Assembly: GCA_964228885.1 (NCBI GenBank)
Contig: CAXRCG010000048.1
Coordinates: forward strand, 11,768 to 75,767
DNA from: Pseudomonadales bacterium
Lineage (GTDB): Bacteria > Pseudomonadota > Gammaproteobacteria > Pseudomonadales > Azotimanducaceae
DNA length: 64,000 nt
Reading direction: 5' to 3'
In this document: piece after piece, positions 1 through 10,419 of the stretch
Numbering within the stretch: the stretch's first letter is position 1
Layout: every line of letters starts with the position of its first letter
Notes under the pieces: model-generated
Seen by the model: only the letters and a program-made list of their open reading frames with translations
What the model was told of the DNA's origin: nothing
Databases searched by the model: none
Translations under genes and position numbers: made by a program

Positions 1-1017
1 AGGATTTGGAAACTTCTGATTAATCTCATTTAATGTCCGGCGCATTGCAGCTCGATCGTCATCTGTCATTTCGCTAGGTGGCTTCATGTTTGCGCGGGCC
101 GCAGCGATGGCTGCATTACGCTCGAGATTTTCTGGCGCGGTGCGCAAGTATGAAGCTAACATTGTGAGTTGAACCACACCGCCATGCTCAGCGATGGTCT
201 TTAGCATGTCATCGCTCATGTTCCGCTTGTGTTCAGTCACTGCCCGCGCATTCGAGTGGGTGGCAATGATCGGCGCTTTGGATATAGCAATGGTGTCGTA
301 GAAAACATCGTCGCTCGCGTGTGACACATCAATCATGATGCCAAGGCGGTTCATTTCTTTGACAACTTCCTCACCGAGCTTACTTAAACCCTCGTGCTCG
401 GCACCTTTTGAGTCTGTTGCTGAATCAGCAAGATCATTATTGGTGGAGTGAACCAGCGTAATATAGCGGACGCCTTTGTCGTAGAAAAGCTTGACATTGT
501 CTAGATCTGAGCCTAAGGGATAACCATTCTCGATGGCAATATAAACAGCACGTTTACCTTGCTTTTCCAGCTCAATGGCATCGTCGGGAGTCAATGCTAG
601 ACCCACTATATCGGAGTTTTCCAGCGTAGATTCAATAATCGCGTCGATCATTTGTAATGCGAGCGCCTTCGCACGACTGTCACCTTCATCGTCTCGAATG
701 TTCTGTGCAACAAATGCCGCGAAAAATATCGAATCCAGTCCTCCTTCAATCATTCGAGGATAGTCGACTTTTGAACCTGATTCGTTGGGGTCATGTCTCA
801 CCGACATATCAAATCCAGGTTCAATCATGCGTAACGGCGTATCTGCGTGAGTATCGAGTGTCAGAACACGATCATGGATTGCTAATGCACGAGCAACCAG
901 TTGCTCTTCAGTTTCGGCAGCACCAGCTTCTTGAGCGGTGACTTGCTTTTTAGGTGGTTCAGTACAGCTCGCGATAAGAAGTAAGAGGCAAGTTGAAAAT
1001 AGAGTTTGATAGCGCAT
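1..1017 (-). CDS. membrane dipeptidase (peptidase M19 / renal dipeptidase family), probable lipoprotein; C-terminus lies beyond position 1
   Basis: Absent from the ORF track because it is open at the window edge. My translation from ATG at 1017 gives MRYQTLFSTCLLLLIASC (lipobox), then LDTHADTP, YITLVHSTNNDL, MIDVSHASDD and IIATHSNARA. These are the metal-ligand blocks typical of M19 dipeptidases. Confidence 0.75.
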   Translation of the reverse strand, partial: MRYQTLFSTCLLLLIASCTEPPKKQVTAQEAGAAETEEQLVARALAIHDRVLTLDTHADTPLRMIEPGFDMSVRHDPNESGSKVDYPRMIEGGLDSIFFAAFVAQNIRDDEGDSRAKALALQMIDAIIESTLENSDIVGLALTPDDAIELEKQGKRAVYIAIENGYPLGSDLDNVKLFYDKGVRYITLVHSTNNDLADSATDSKGAEHEGLSKLGEEVVKEMNRLGIMIDVSHASDDVFYDTIAISKAPIIATHSNARAVTEHKRNMSDDMLKTIAEHGGVVQLTMLASYLRTAPENLERNAAIAAARANMKPPSEMTDDDRAAMRRTLNEINQKFPNP

Positions 1018-1229
1018 AATGATTACCAGACAACGAAGAGAAAATAATAGGGTCTTCGCCATTATCCCCTAACTCGGTTGGCATTTGTAGTCGTTAACGG
1101 TTGAGCCAGGACTTAGGCCACGACGGGCTAAATTCAAGTTAGATGGTATTAAAAACTACTAAATCGAACTAGCAATAGCCTCTTTTTTGTTTTTGGTATA
1201 CCTTAATATTCATTAAGCGGTTTAGTTGA

Positions 1230-1712
1230 GTGCAAACGATGAAAAAAGAGTTTATACAGCAATGGAACAGACGCCCTTGGTGGATGAACCTGCTATGGTA
1301 TTTCTGTTTATATATGACTTTTATCTACATGCCTTTCGACATGTTTACCAAGTCCTTTGAGCAATGGGAGGAAATCTGGTTTGGCATTGTCCTCACCGGC
1401 TGGCCTGCGAAGCTCACTGAACCGTTACATTGGCTAATCTATGGTGCTGGCGCTTATGGGTTTTGGAAAATGCGCAGCTGGATGTGGCCCTGGGCTGCGG
1501 CCTATAGTTTTCAGGTAGTGATCGCGATGGTGGTATTCAATCTGTTTCAGGGTCCTGGAATGAATGATGAACCCAAAGGTGGGGGCATCGTTGGCGCTTT
1601 GATCAGTGGCGCCATTTTTATGGTGCCCACTATTGCTCTTTATCGGGCTAGAGCGCTCTTTGGTGATGAAGCATCCAAATCGGCTGAAGAGGAGAACACG
1701 GCGGCGAGCTAG
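1230..1712 (+). CDS. hypothetical integral membrane protein (Trp-rich, about 4 TM segments)
   Basis: 160 aa ORF with several hydrophobic helices. The track start is GTG at 1230 and an in-frame ATG at 1239 (MKKEF) is equally possible. I recognise no family motif. Confidence 0.5.
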   Translation: MQTMKKEFIQQWNRRPWWMNLLWYFCLYMTFIYMPFDMFTKSFEQWEEIWFGIVLTGWPAKLTEPLHWLIYGAGAYGFWKMRSWMWPWAAAYSFQVVIAMVVFNLFQGPGMNDEPKGGGIVGALISGAIFMVPTIALYRARALFGDEASKSAEEENTAAS

Positions 1713-1742
1713 ATCAGTGAATTGTGCTGACCGTGACTCCAT

Positions 1743-2804
1743 TTAGTAAAGGTCACTCAATATCAGACCAAACCCAAACCGTTCCACTCTTTGGTTATAG
1801 TCGATCATGCTCTCACCATACCCGTTGAAGTACTGCGCGTGACCACTCAACCCACGCCAGATCGGGAAGGTCCAATCGAGCTGGACCGCGCCATGGTTTT
1901 CGCTCCGTAAATTGTTGCGTAGCATCAGGCTCAGTTCATGATTGTCTGTACGATAAGTGCTGCGAAATTCAAAGTGCCCCATATACTTCTCGATGTCTGG
2001 GTTGTCGTCGCCATCGGCGTCTAGTACGTTTTGCTTCTCGTCTTCACGAATTCGATACCAGGGCTTCAATCCGAATACCCACCTGCCGGACTCCCAAGTG
2101 AACTTCGCGTAAACCCGGTTCCAACTTCGGGATAAGGTCCCGGACTGACCATTAGACTGATGGCTAAAACCAACGGCAACTTCTGATGCGTCAATGCCAA
2201 GAATGCCGAGAGGCTGAAATTCGACTGGCGCCGTCCAGAATACTTCTGGCTCATAGTTGGTTTCCCTGAAGGGTGCAGAGGCGTCACTGTTGTAAGCCTG
2301 CCAAAAAGATAGAGATGTGAAAGCGAAATGAAAACGATCGTCCCGCATCAAGACACTCTTTGCGAACTGGTATTTCAGACTAAGTTGGAACTTCATTTCG
2401 ATATTGTCGATATCTTCGATCGGCGCGAAATCACTAAGCGCAGAGGGGATGGGTTTCTCGTTTGGATTGACGATATAGGTCGCAGGCATTAAGAAGTTGC
2501 GTTTGTGCGGTACCAATGCCCGCCGGCTGGTGATTGCCAGCTGCTCTTCCCGTCTGCGGCTGGCAAGAATATCGTCATCGATCAAGGGCTCTGTCTGCGC
2601 TGAACATTTCCCGCGAATCTCCGAGACAAGCACGGCGCCGTTAGCGCTACTAACCATCTGTAATATGCACGCCTGATATTCGCTGGTTTGCACGATGCTG
2701 CCCTCCGCTTCGCTTGTTCTAGCCTCATCCGCCAGGCTTGCACTTGTCAGCCCGAGCAATGCCGTTAGGCAAATGGTTAACAATTTGTTCATAGATAGTT
2801 TCAC
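1743..2804 (-). CDS. pldA: outer membrane phospholipase A (OMPLA)
   Basis: Signal peptide MKLSMNKLLTICLTALLGLTSASLA. OMPLA active-site block FSHQSNGQSG (His-x-Ser-Asn-Gly). C-terminal YFNGYGESMIDYN motif and a beta-barrel-like terminal LSDLY. Confidence 0.85.
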   Translation of the reverse strand: MKLSMNKLLTICLTALLGLTSASLADEARTSEAEGSIVQTSEYQACILQMVSSANGAVLVSEIRGKCSAQTEPLIDDDILASRRREEQLAITSRRALVPHKRNFLMPATYIVNPNEKPIPSALSDFAPIEDIDNIEMKFQLSLKYQFAKSVLMRDDRFHFAFTSLSFWQAYNSDASAPFRETNYEPEVFWTAPVEFQPLGILGIDASEVAVGFSHQSNGQSGTLSRSWNRVYAKFTWESGRWVFGLKPWYRIREDEKQNVLDADGDDNPDIEKYMGHFEFRSTYRTDNHELSLMLRNNLRSENHGAVQLDWTFPIWRGLSGHAQYFNGYGESMIDYNQRVERFGFGLILSDLY

Positions 2805-3257
2805 TTAACTTGTTTGTTGGGGTATTCAAGGGCACCTTATACGGCCCGATCAGTAAAATAAGAGTATGCAAATGCGATGCCACAAATAAATTAACTTTAA
2901 CTTACAGTGAGTTATAGATGTGCAGGCACTCTAATTTTTATGGGGGTGTAAATACTGTCGACAGAGACCATCCTCTACCGAAGAGCGGTCATTCAATCGA
3001 TAAAATAAAAAAACCAATCAGAGTACTTCTAAAATTAAGGGGGAATTGCGACTTGAATTACTTTCTCCCAACCAAAATCGAACAATCATTGTTCAGAAAT
3101 GAAAATTGCATAAGCTAAATCTACCGGCAACTGAGAAAAGGTTTTTTGCAGTGCATTCTGAGATCTGCCGAGTGAACAAGCCTCAACTGCAATGTCACAA
3201 ACTGGTTTCTTTAAGTTAACGACTGTCGGAACATTTAAACTTAGTTAGGAGTAAATA

Positions 3258-3899
3258 ATGGCAATAATGATAACGACTATTTGGACCCCCAATAACTCTG
3301 GTGCAACTCCACAGCTCTCGGTCAATTTAACGACCGCGAGAGACGCGATGCGAAAAGACGGATACAGCGCTGAGGTCATGGCACTGATCCCCGGAGGGGG
3401 TGGTGCGCCTGGCGAGATGGGATTGGCCATAGATTACGACACGCCCGATGCCTATGTGGCGGCTTTAAGCGCAGGCGTTTCTCCTTCATTAGCCGAAGCT
3501 CAAGCAAGTATGCAGTACTCTGATTCAAAACCAGAGCGAACCTCTACTTGGATTGAACTACCGGGCTTAGAGACTGCTTATGAGGATTTACCCAAGGGAG
3601 TCGTGCAAACGAGCTATATAAAGGTAAATGCCGGCCAAGCCGCTAAGGCTATGGAATTGGTCACCAAAAGCAGAAATATCATGACGAGTATGGGGGCGAA
3701 AGTTAGAGTGATGAATGCGTTTCTTTCGAGTCCAACGGGAATGATTTTATTTGGTGTGTATCACGAATCTCCGGATAAGTGGCGAGAGTTTAACGACGCG
3801 CTAATGGCATCAGCGGAGTGGAATGCGCATTGGAATGACAGTGGACGGGTAGGTGCTGTCGAAATGATGCGGCAATCCGCATTCGCAATGCTGCCTTGA
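3258..3899 (+). CDS. hypothetical protein
   Basis: 213 aa ORF preceded by a strong RBS (taggagtaaataATG). No motif recognised. Confidence 0.5.
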   Translation: MAIMITTIWTPNNSGATPQLSVNLTTARDAMRKDGYSAEVMALIPGGGGAPGEMGLAIDYDTPDAYVAALSAGVSPSLAEAQASMQYSDSKPERTSTWIELPGLETAYEDLPKGVVQTSYIKVNAGQAAKAMELVTKSRNIMTSMGAKVRVMNAFLSSPTGMILFGVYHESPDKWREFNDALMASAEWNAHWNDSGRVGAVEMMRQSAFAMLP

Positions 3900-4404
3900 T
3901 TACGGTGAGGACACTGCAAAAAGAAAGTTAATCGTAGAAGCTGCGTGGCTGGCGTTGTTCTGACTTACAGTCTAAAAACGCTCGCACAATTGCTCGAGCT
4001 CATTTTAGCGCTGGCCGCTAATATTGCTACTGAGAGGTCATTTTTTAGGTCAGGCAATACCGCGGGCGGGAAGATTAGAGCGCACGTATAACCGATATTT
4101 TTACGTATTTGAGCGCCTTATGCGTAAAAGTTGATCGTTTTGCGCAATTTTTATGAAATATTTTTCTATAATCGTGTTAATCTGCACGAATGTATCTCTT
4201 AAGAAATAGGTTGTGAGTTTTTTTACTCGTTTTTAAGAAATACAACGAGTGGTTTGCCAAGCGTAAAAAGTCTCTTCAGAGGCCGTTCTACTATGAGAGT
4301 TGGGGAAGGCAGTTTCCCTCCGTAGCAAGGGTCAATGTCAGACAGGCAAGTTGATACGCTAATTTTAATTGCAGTTCTGGAGGTTTTACAAAGGAGAGAG
4401 TCTG

Positions 4405-6684
4405 ATGAAAATGCGACACTTATTTATCATGTTGACGGCTGTTTGGTCGACCCTAGGCATGATTAGCCTTGCCAATGCGGAAGGCCCAATTGAGGAAGTC
4501 ATTGTGACTGCAGAGCGTCGAGCTGAAAGTCTGCAAAGCGTTGCCGTAGCTGTCACTGCCTTCACGGGCGAAGAAATGGATGCCCAAGGTATCGTCGATA
4601 TCAAAGGCATAACGGAAAGAACACCAGGCTTCACGATGGGTACTTTCAACCCTGGTCAGCCGCAGTTCTATATTCGAGGCATTGGTTCTAATGAAGATGG
4701 CGCCGGCGGTGACCAGTCCGTTATCGTGTTCGTCGATGAGGTCTATATCGGACGCTCTGCAGGATCCGACTTTGACCTATTTGATTTGGAACGCGTCGAG
4801 GTCCTTCGCGGACCACAGGGCACGCTCTTTGGCAAGAACGTCATCGGTGGCGCAGTCAGCCTTGTCACGAAGAAGCCTACCGAAGAAACCAGAATGAAGT
4901 TTGAGGGCACCGCGGGTAACCTCGGTGAAGTCGGCATTCGTGGTTTGGTCAGCGGCGAACTAGCCGAGAACGTCTATGGCAAAGTGTCAATTTCCAGTCG
5001 TCGCCGTGATGGCTATGTCGATTCACGGATCGATGAATTTCCATCGTTTTTCCCAGACACCAACGTTGATGATCAACACGACATCAATACCGACAGCTTA
5101 CGAGCAGCATTAAGGATGACCCCAAGCGATAGATTGGAAATCAATCTGTCTGCCAACTGGTCGCAAATGGATCGCGCGGGACCCACCTATATATCCATCG
5201 GCCCTGGCGGTATCCCCTATAGCGCGAATGCTTCGCTCGATCCGAACTATGGCGTCAACATCCATGAGAATTTCATTGAGGACCCAGGCTCGTCAGAAAC
5301 TGATATCTCCGGCTTCACGGCCAGATTCGATTATGAACTGACAGATTCAACGACCTTTACTTCACTTACTTCTTTTCGTAGCGTGGAATCTGAACAGATC
5401 TGGGCGCTCTCAACACCCAATCTCAGCTCTTTGTTTATATCAGGGGGCGCTATTCCACTGTATCTCGTCGGCAACAACAATTACACGGACGAGTCGGACA
5501 CCTTTACGCACGAGTTCCGATTGTCGGGTGGCAACGACAACTTGTTCTGGATTGCTGGCCTCTATTACATGACAGAGGAAACGGATCGGTTCGAAACATC
5601 ATCGGTCGGTCTACTGTTCCCTGGCGGTGGCGGTGTTCCGGGAAGTTTGCCTGGCATTGAGCCCGGGGATGATCAAGGTAACGAAACGACCAGTTATTCG
5701 GTCTTCGGTCAGTTCACCTACAACATCACAGATAATCTGGCGGTCACACTCGGTGGACGACAGTCCTTTGATGAAAAAGACATCACGCGAGTTGGCACGC
5801 CAAGTCCACTTTCCCCAAACAGAAATTTTAACTTCAGAACTGGCAATGATTGGGACGCGTTTACGGGGAAATTTACAGTTGAGTGGCAAGCGACAGAGAA
5901 TGCTTTCCTCTACGGGACAATTTCTGAAGGCTACAAAGCTGGCGGCTATCAGGGTTTAGCAGCAACCGAACTTATCGCAATCACGCCGTTTGATCCGGAA
6001 GAGGCAACGCTATACGAAATCGGCGCCAAGACTGAATGGTTTGATAATCGCCTACGGCTTAACCTAGCTGTCTTCCAAACAGACTACTCTGACTTGCAGA
6101 TCTTGCAGCTCTTGGTAGAAGAAGATGCACCATTTGGAACAGGCGGACAATTAATTACTCAGAACGCTGCGGATGCCGACATCGAGGGTTATGAACTGGA
6201 GTTCGTGATAGCGCCAACCGATAACCTAACAATTTCTGGCTCGTACACGCATCTCGATACGGCGTTTTCTAACTTCTTTACGCCCGCCGGTTTCAGACCG
6301 CCCGATGGTGGCGCCGGAACTGAGGGAGATCGAACAGGCAACCCGCTGCGAAATGCGCCTGACAAGGCCTACAACGTATTGGTTCGCTACTATATGGATT
6401 TGTCGAATGGTGGCTCTCTGACTTGGCAGGCCGACTTTCGTCATAAAGACATCGTCTATCAGGATCCAGACGTGTTTGAGTTTGCCGCCGTGCCTGAGTA
6501 CGACGTTGTCGACCTTCGTGTCAGCTATGTCTGGCCAAAAGGCAATCTTGAAACAACCCTGTGGTCACGTAATGCAAATGACGAGTCGTATTTCCTTCAT
6601 AACTGGCCGCTTCAGGGCAGTGGACAAGCAACACCCGCGCCACCCAGAACCTATGGTGTGACGTTCACTTGGACAAACGATTAA
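4405..6684 (+). CDS. TonB-dependent outer membrane receptor
   Basis: Signal peptide, then plug block EEVIVTAERRAESLQSVAVAVTAF, then ERVEVLRGPQGTLFGKNVIGGAVS. Long beta-barrel with an aromatic C-terminus (TFTWTND). I place the start at ATG 4405 (MKMRHLF), behind the RBS aaaggagagag, not at the track start 4369. Confidence 0.9.
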   Translation: MKMRHLFIMLTAVWSTLGMISLANAEGPIEEVIVTAERRAESLQSVAVAVTAFTGEEMDAQGIVDIKGITERTPGFTMGTFNPGQPQFYIRGIGSNEDGAGGDQSVIVFVDEVYIGRSAGSDFDLFDLERVEVLRGPQGTLFGKNVIGGAVSLVTKKPTEETRMKFEGTAGNLGEVGIRGLVSGELAENVYGKVSISSRRRDGYVDSRIDEFPSFFPDTNVDDQHDINTDSLRAALRMTPSDRLEINLSANWSQMDRAGPTYISIGPGGIPYSANASLDPNYGVNIHENFIEDPGSSETDISGFTARFDYELTDSTTFTSLTSFRSVESEQIWALSTPNLSSLFISGGAIPLYLVGNNNYTDESDTFTHEFRLSGGNDNLFWIAGLYYMTEETDRFETSSVGLLFPGGGGVPGSLPGIEPGDDQGNETTSYSVFGQFTYNITDNLAVTLGGRQSFDEKDITRVGTPSPLSPNRNFNFRTGNDWDAFTGKFTVEWQATENAFLYGTISEGYKAGGYQGLAATELIAITPFDPEEATLYEIGAKTEWFDNRLRLNLAVFQTDYSDLQILQLLVEEDAPFGTGGQLITQNAADADIEGYELEFVIAPTDNLTISGSYTHLDTAFSNFFTPAGFRPPDGGAGTEGDRTGNPLRNAPDKAYNVLVRYYMDLSNGGSLTWQADFRHKDIVYQDPDVFEFAAVPEYDVVDLRVSYVWPKGNLETTLWSRNANDESYFLHNWPLQGSGQATPAPPRTYGVTFTWTND

Positions 6685-6700
6685 TTATCTCAACTGAGAA

Positions 6701-6740
6701 AAGGAGCGGCACTAGTCGCTCCTTTTCCCCTCTTTTTTGA
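6701..6740 (+). terminator. Rho-independent terminator after the first TonB-dependent receptor
   Basis: 8 bp stem aaggagcg / cgctcctt with loop gcactagt, followed by the T-rich tract ttcccctctttttt. Confidence 0.6.
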
Positions 6741-7039
6741 GAGGCATCCGGCCAGTACCATCCCCTTATTGACCTATCAAGTGATCACCACATCACATTA
6801 CTCCGTATTTAGCGAGCAATCGGCGATTGTTCTAATGGGCCAACCCCGAGCGGATGAGGCCTATTTTCCCTATCCCTTCCAAGTTCTTTTTGCCCTCATA
6901 AGCTGTCTCAGCGTTATGCATAGTGATAAAAGCTAGCTCCGAATTCTTATTTTCTTAAGCCCAACTGCCTAATACCTTAGTTTGGCGCAATAATTAGTCC
7001 AGGTTTAGGGGACTAGTAGCTTGTTAATTGGCGTCATTG

Positions 7040-7075
7040 GGTGGGTCAAAATCGGGCCGGTGGGTCAAAATCAGG
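7040..7075 (+). repeat. two 17 bp direct repeats (ggtgggtcaaaatcNgg) with 19 bp periodicity upstream of the second TonB-dependent receptor
   Basis: ggtgggtcaaaatcggg at 7040-7056 and ggtgggtcaaaatcagg at 7059-7075, about 180 nt upstream of the ATG at 7254. Confidence 0.6.
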
Positions 7076-7253
7076 CGGTTTCGTCACTAACAAGTGTCGA
7101 CCAACCCCATAGAAAAACTGTCAACAAATTTATTTGCATATTTCCCTAGATTGTTTGACTATTGAAGAGCTGCAATGTAGTCCGACCCGAAAAATAAAAA
7201 GTTTGTATGCAGAAACTATCTGCGAGAAAACGAAATTTAAAAGGGGTAATCTG

Positions 7254-10025
7254 ATGTCTTCATTCCGTCTTGGCGTATCTGTATTCACCTGCGCCCTCAT
7301 AGCAAATCTTGTTCACGCCGAAGAACGTCGTCTCGAAGAGATAGTCGTCACGGCAGAAAAACGCGAATCGACCGTCTCTGATATTTCAATATCAATCACC
7401 GCGCTCGGTGAAGATATGATCGACGACTTCGGCATACAAGGTGCTGATGAATTGGTCAACTTTATACCAGCGACGACGCGCGATGCATTCGACATCCGAA
7501 TCCGAGGTGTTGGTCGCAATTTCCGGGCCCTAGGGGGTGATCCGGGCGTCGCGACATACTACAACGGTATTTACTCAGAAGATTTCGGCATCGCAGCCTC
7601 AGAAAGCGGGCTTTATGACGTCGCCCGTATTGAGGCTTTACGAGGTCCCCAGGGAACGCTTTACGGGCGCAACTCAATTGGCGGCGCGCTGAACTACATC
7701 ACTAACCAACCTACAGACGAATTTGAGGGCGAAATTCGTTCTCAAATTGGCGCGTTAAATGCGCGTGAATTCTACGGTATTCTTTCCGGACCTCTCATCA
7801 CCGATAAGCTCGGATATCGTCTCGTTGGTGTTTCCAGACAACGTGACGGAAGTCAGGACGGTATAGGTGGCGCAGAAGACATCAATTCCATCGATGATCA
7901 GAACATCGCCTTGTCTCTAAAATGGGACATTGCTGAAAACTGGGAAATGAATGTTCGCTGGAATGACCGTTCTTCCGACAGGATCATCGGTCAGAACTCT
8001 ATTGTGAATGAGGGGCCTGGCGGCGCACGCGGCGTCCGGGACACGACCAACTACGCACGCGGCCTAACGACTTCATATGGTGGCGTTCCAATATCCGCCG
8101 CAACACCTGGCGCACAAGCTTATATCCATCCGGTATCAGGAAATACAATCTTTGGTGCTCCTGTTCGCCCCGGTATTGACCGGTCTACCTCAAATATCCC
8201 TAATGCCGCTTTTGGTATTCAGAACGCTTTGCCGCTGGACACTGATATCAAAGACCTTAACGGGGACGTTGCGACAAACAACGCGAACAATGAGAAGTTC
8301 GTACAGAATGGCGTCCAATTCAGCCTTGCTTGGGATATTAACGAAACCACTCAATTGAAGTATCTCGGCGGTTGGAGCAAATTTGATTACACTTTCGACA
8401 TTGATTTGGATGCGACCAACGGAAGTTTCACGCAACCTCGTCAGACTGTATTGGAAGCAGTAGAGACTAGTTCACATGAACTACAACTATTATGGGAAAT
8501 CGGCGACAAATTGCAGATGACCAGTGGTCTCTATCTGTTTAACTCAGATCGTCTGCAAAATTATGCATTCCGCGATAACGAAAGATTTGTTGAGCCGTTC
8601 AACTATGGGAATTTGGCAGGATTTTCACTGATCGGTTCTCCCACGCATACCAGGCGAGGCGATGTAGCCGTAGGTACTTCAAGTTTTGGTCCTTGGCAGG
8701 GTGACCCAACCGGTCACTTCTACGAGTACTGGAACACGGTTGAAACTGAGGCCGTCGCTGTTTACACACAGGGCACCTATTCTTTCAGTGAAGAATGGGC
8801 GTTAACCGTCGGTTTGCGATGGGCTGAGGATGAAAAAACAGCGTTTGAAGATCGTACCGGCTACTTCGAAGCCGCTTTTCTTGATGGCGCGCTTGACGCA
8901 ACCTGCGATGGAACATTCGGCGCCGACTGCACGCTTTTTGGCATTACGCCACTGGCATTCGCGAACATACTAACCGGCGCCGCAGTCCCAACTTTTGGCG
9001 CTGACGTTATCGCACCAACATGCGCATTGGGGACCCCTAATTCGGCATGTGCAACCCCGCTATTGCTCGGTGGTGTCCCGTTCTCGTTTGCCGACAGAGC
9101 GCAAGGCGAAGAAACCTGGGGTGACACTTCCTTTCGTGTGAATCTGGATTGGTCACCGAGTGACGACACCTTGATCTACGCCTCAGTGACCAGTGGGTAT
9201 CGAGCAGGCGGATATTCATTGGGTATAGGCGATTCAAGGGGACCCGGGGAATTTGGTGGCATCGTGCCCTCAACCTACGATCAAGAAGAGTTAATAGCTT
9301 GGGAGCTTGGCTACAAAGGCACCCTGCTTGACGGCCAAATGCAATTCAACGCATCTACATATTTATACTCCTATGATAACTATCAGGATCGCATCGAAAT
9401 ATTTGATAGCAACACCAGTACTTCTACTGATGAAGTAAAGAATGCCGAGGAAGCCGAGAATATGGGCGTTGAGTTCGACTTCATGTGGCTCGCATCAGAT
9501 AACTTGACCTTGGGTGGCAATGGCAGTTACACACGTACAGAGTACAAATCTGACTTTATTGTACTGGAGGATGACAACCCTCTGTTTCCGTTTGAACTGT
9601 TTTCACCAGACCCAACTGGCACCGATCCAAACAGCAATGCGTTTCTCGTACAAAACCTAAAAGGCAACGACCTGAAACGAATACCCACTTGGAAAGCTAC
9701 TATTTGGGCAAACTATGACTGGGTGTTATCGACAGGTACTTTGTCTGCTGGCGCAACATACGCGTACACCGGAGACTATTGGAGCAGTGGTATTCTGCGG
9801 GACCTAGACAAGGTACCGCCACGTGGTCGGCTCGACCTATCTATGACATGGCGAGCTAGCAACGAACAATGGCTTGTTCGCGGCTTCATCGACAACGTCA
9901 TGGACAAGACCTACGCGCGAGGTTTTAGCACCAGTACAAGCAGCGGCAACTACTCGCTAGGGGCTGAGAATTTATACCCGCGTTACTATGGTATCGACGT
10001 CACATTCCGATTCGGTGCGATATAG
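7254..10025 (+). CDS. TonB-dependent outer membrane receptor (large, 923 aa)
   Basis: Signal peptide MSSFRLGVSVFTCALIANLVHA. Plug block LEEIVVTAEKRESTVSDISISITAL and IEALRGPQGTLYGRNSIGGALNY. C-terminal YGIDVTFRFGAI. Start placed at ATG 7254 behind aaaagggg; the track extension from 7134 lacks a signal peptide. Confidence 0.9.
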   Translation: MSSFRLGVSVFTCALIANLVHAEERRLEEIVVTAEKRESTVSDISISITALGEDMIDDFGIQGADELVNFIPATTRDAFDIRIRGVGRNFRALGGDPGVATYYNGIYSEDFGIAASESGLYDVARIEALRGPQGTLYGRNSIGGALNYITNQPTDEFEGEIRSQIGALNAREFYGILSGPLITDKLGYRLVGVSRQRDGSQDGIGGAEDINSIDDQNIALSLKWDIAENWEMNVRWNDRSSDRIIGQNSIVNEGPGGARGVRDTTNYARGLTTSYGGVPISAATPGAQAYIHPVSGNTIFGAPVRPGIDRSTSNIPNAAFGIQNALPLDTDIKDLNGDVATNNANNEKFVQNGVQFSLAWDINETTQLKYLGGWSKFDYTFDIDLDATNGSFTQPRQTVLEAVETSSHELQLLWEIGDKLQMTSGLYLFNSDRLQNYAFRDNERFVEPFNYGNLAGFSLIGSPTHTRRGDVAVGTSSFGPWQGDPTGHFYEYWNTVETEAVAVYTQGTYSFSEEWALTVGLRWAEDEKTAFEDRTGYFEAAFLDGALDATCDGTFGADCTLFGITPLAFANILTGAAVPTFGADVIAPTCALGTPNSACATPLLLGGVPFSFADRAQGEETWGDTSFRVNLDWSPSDDTLIYASVTSGYRAGGYSLGIGDSRGPGEFGGIVPSTYDQEELIAWELGYKGTLLDGQMQFNASTYLYSYDNYQDRIEIFDSNTSTSTDEVKNAEEAENMGVEFDFMWLASDNLTLGGNGSYTRTEYKSDFIVLEDDNPLFPFELFSPDPTGTDPNSNAFLVQNLKGNDLKRIPTWKATIWANYDWVLSTGTLSAGATYAYTGDYWSSGILRDLDKVPPRGRLDLSMTWRASNEQWLVRGFIDNVMDKTYARGFSTSTSSGNYSLGAENLYPRYYGIDVTFRFGAI

Positions 10026-10042
10026 CGCGAAGATCAATGCAC

Positions 10043-10121
10043 CTGACTAATCGAGTAGCTGACGGGCCATGGCACCTCACTTTTGTGATTGTCGTCGTCC
10101 CTCAGCTACTCGATTAGTCAG
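10043..10121 (+). other. long inverted repeat / stem-loop downstream of the receptor gene (possible terminator or structured RNA)
   Basis: ctgactaatcgagtagctga (10043-10062) is perfectly complementary to tcagctactcgattagtcag (10102-10121), with a 39 nt spacer. It is followed by tttccactactttttta. Confidence 0.5.
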
Positions 10122-10419
10122 TTTCCACTACTTTTTTATGCTGACAACATTCAATTAGCGCGCCGATCAAGAAACCCTTAGCAAGGCCTCACCAATCTGG
10201 GATTCTAACCCCTCGCAATCTCTGTTGTCTTGTTAGATCTGACAGCGAATATTGAACAAACTATCTCCTGACGCTATGGCTTGGCATCTATTGCGAAAAT
10301 ATGGGTCTTTCTGGTTGAATTACTATACATAACCGTTCTTCGGAAAATGTGTTTTATACTTTCCATCTACGGAATATATTCGGGCGTCCGAAATAACTCA
10401 ATCAATCAGGAGAGTTTCC

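Noticed and set aside
4028-4078. THI-box-like string (ctgagag ... aggtcaggcaataccgcgggcgggaag) resembling the TPP riboswitch core CUGAGA ... ACCUGAUCUGGAUAAUGCCAGCGUAGGGAA.
   Set aside because: I could not build the P1/P2 or P4/P5 helices. The ACCC partner of a GGGG strand is missing. The string lies more than 320 nt upstream of the receptor start, ahead of the best -10 box. It is left for an Infernal scan rather than called.
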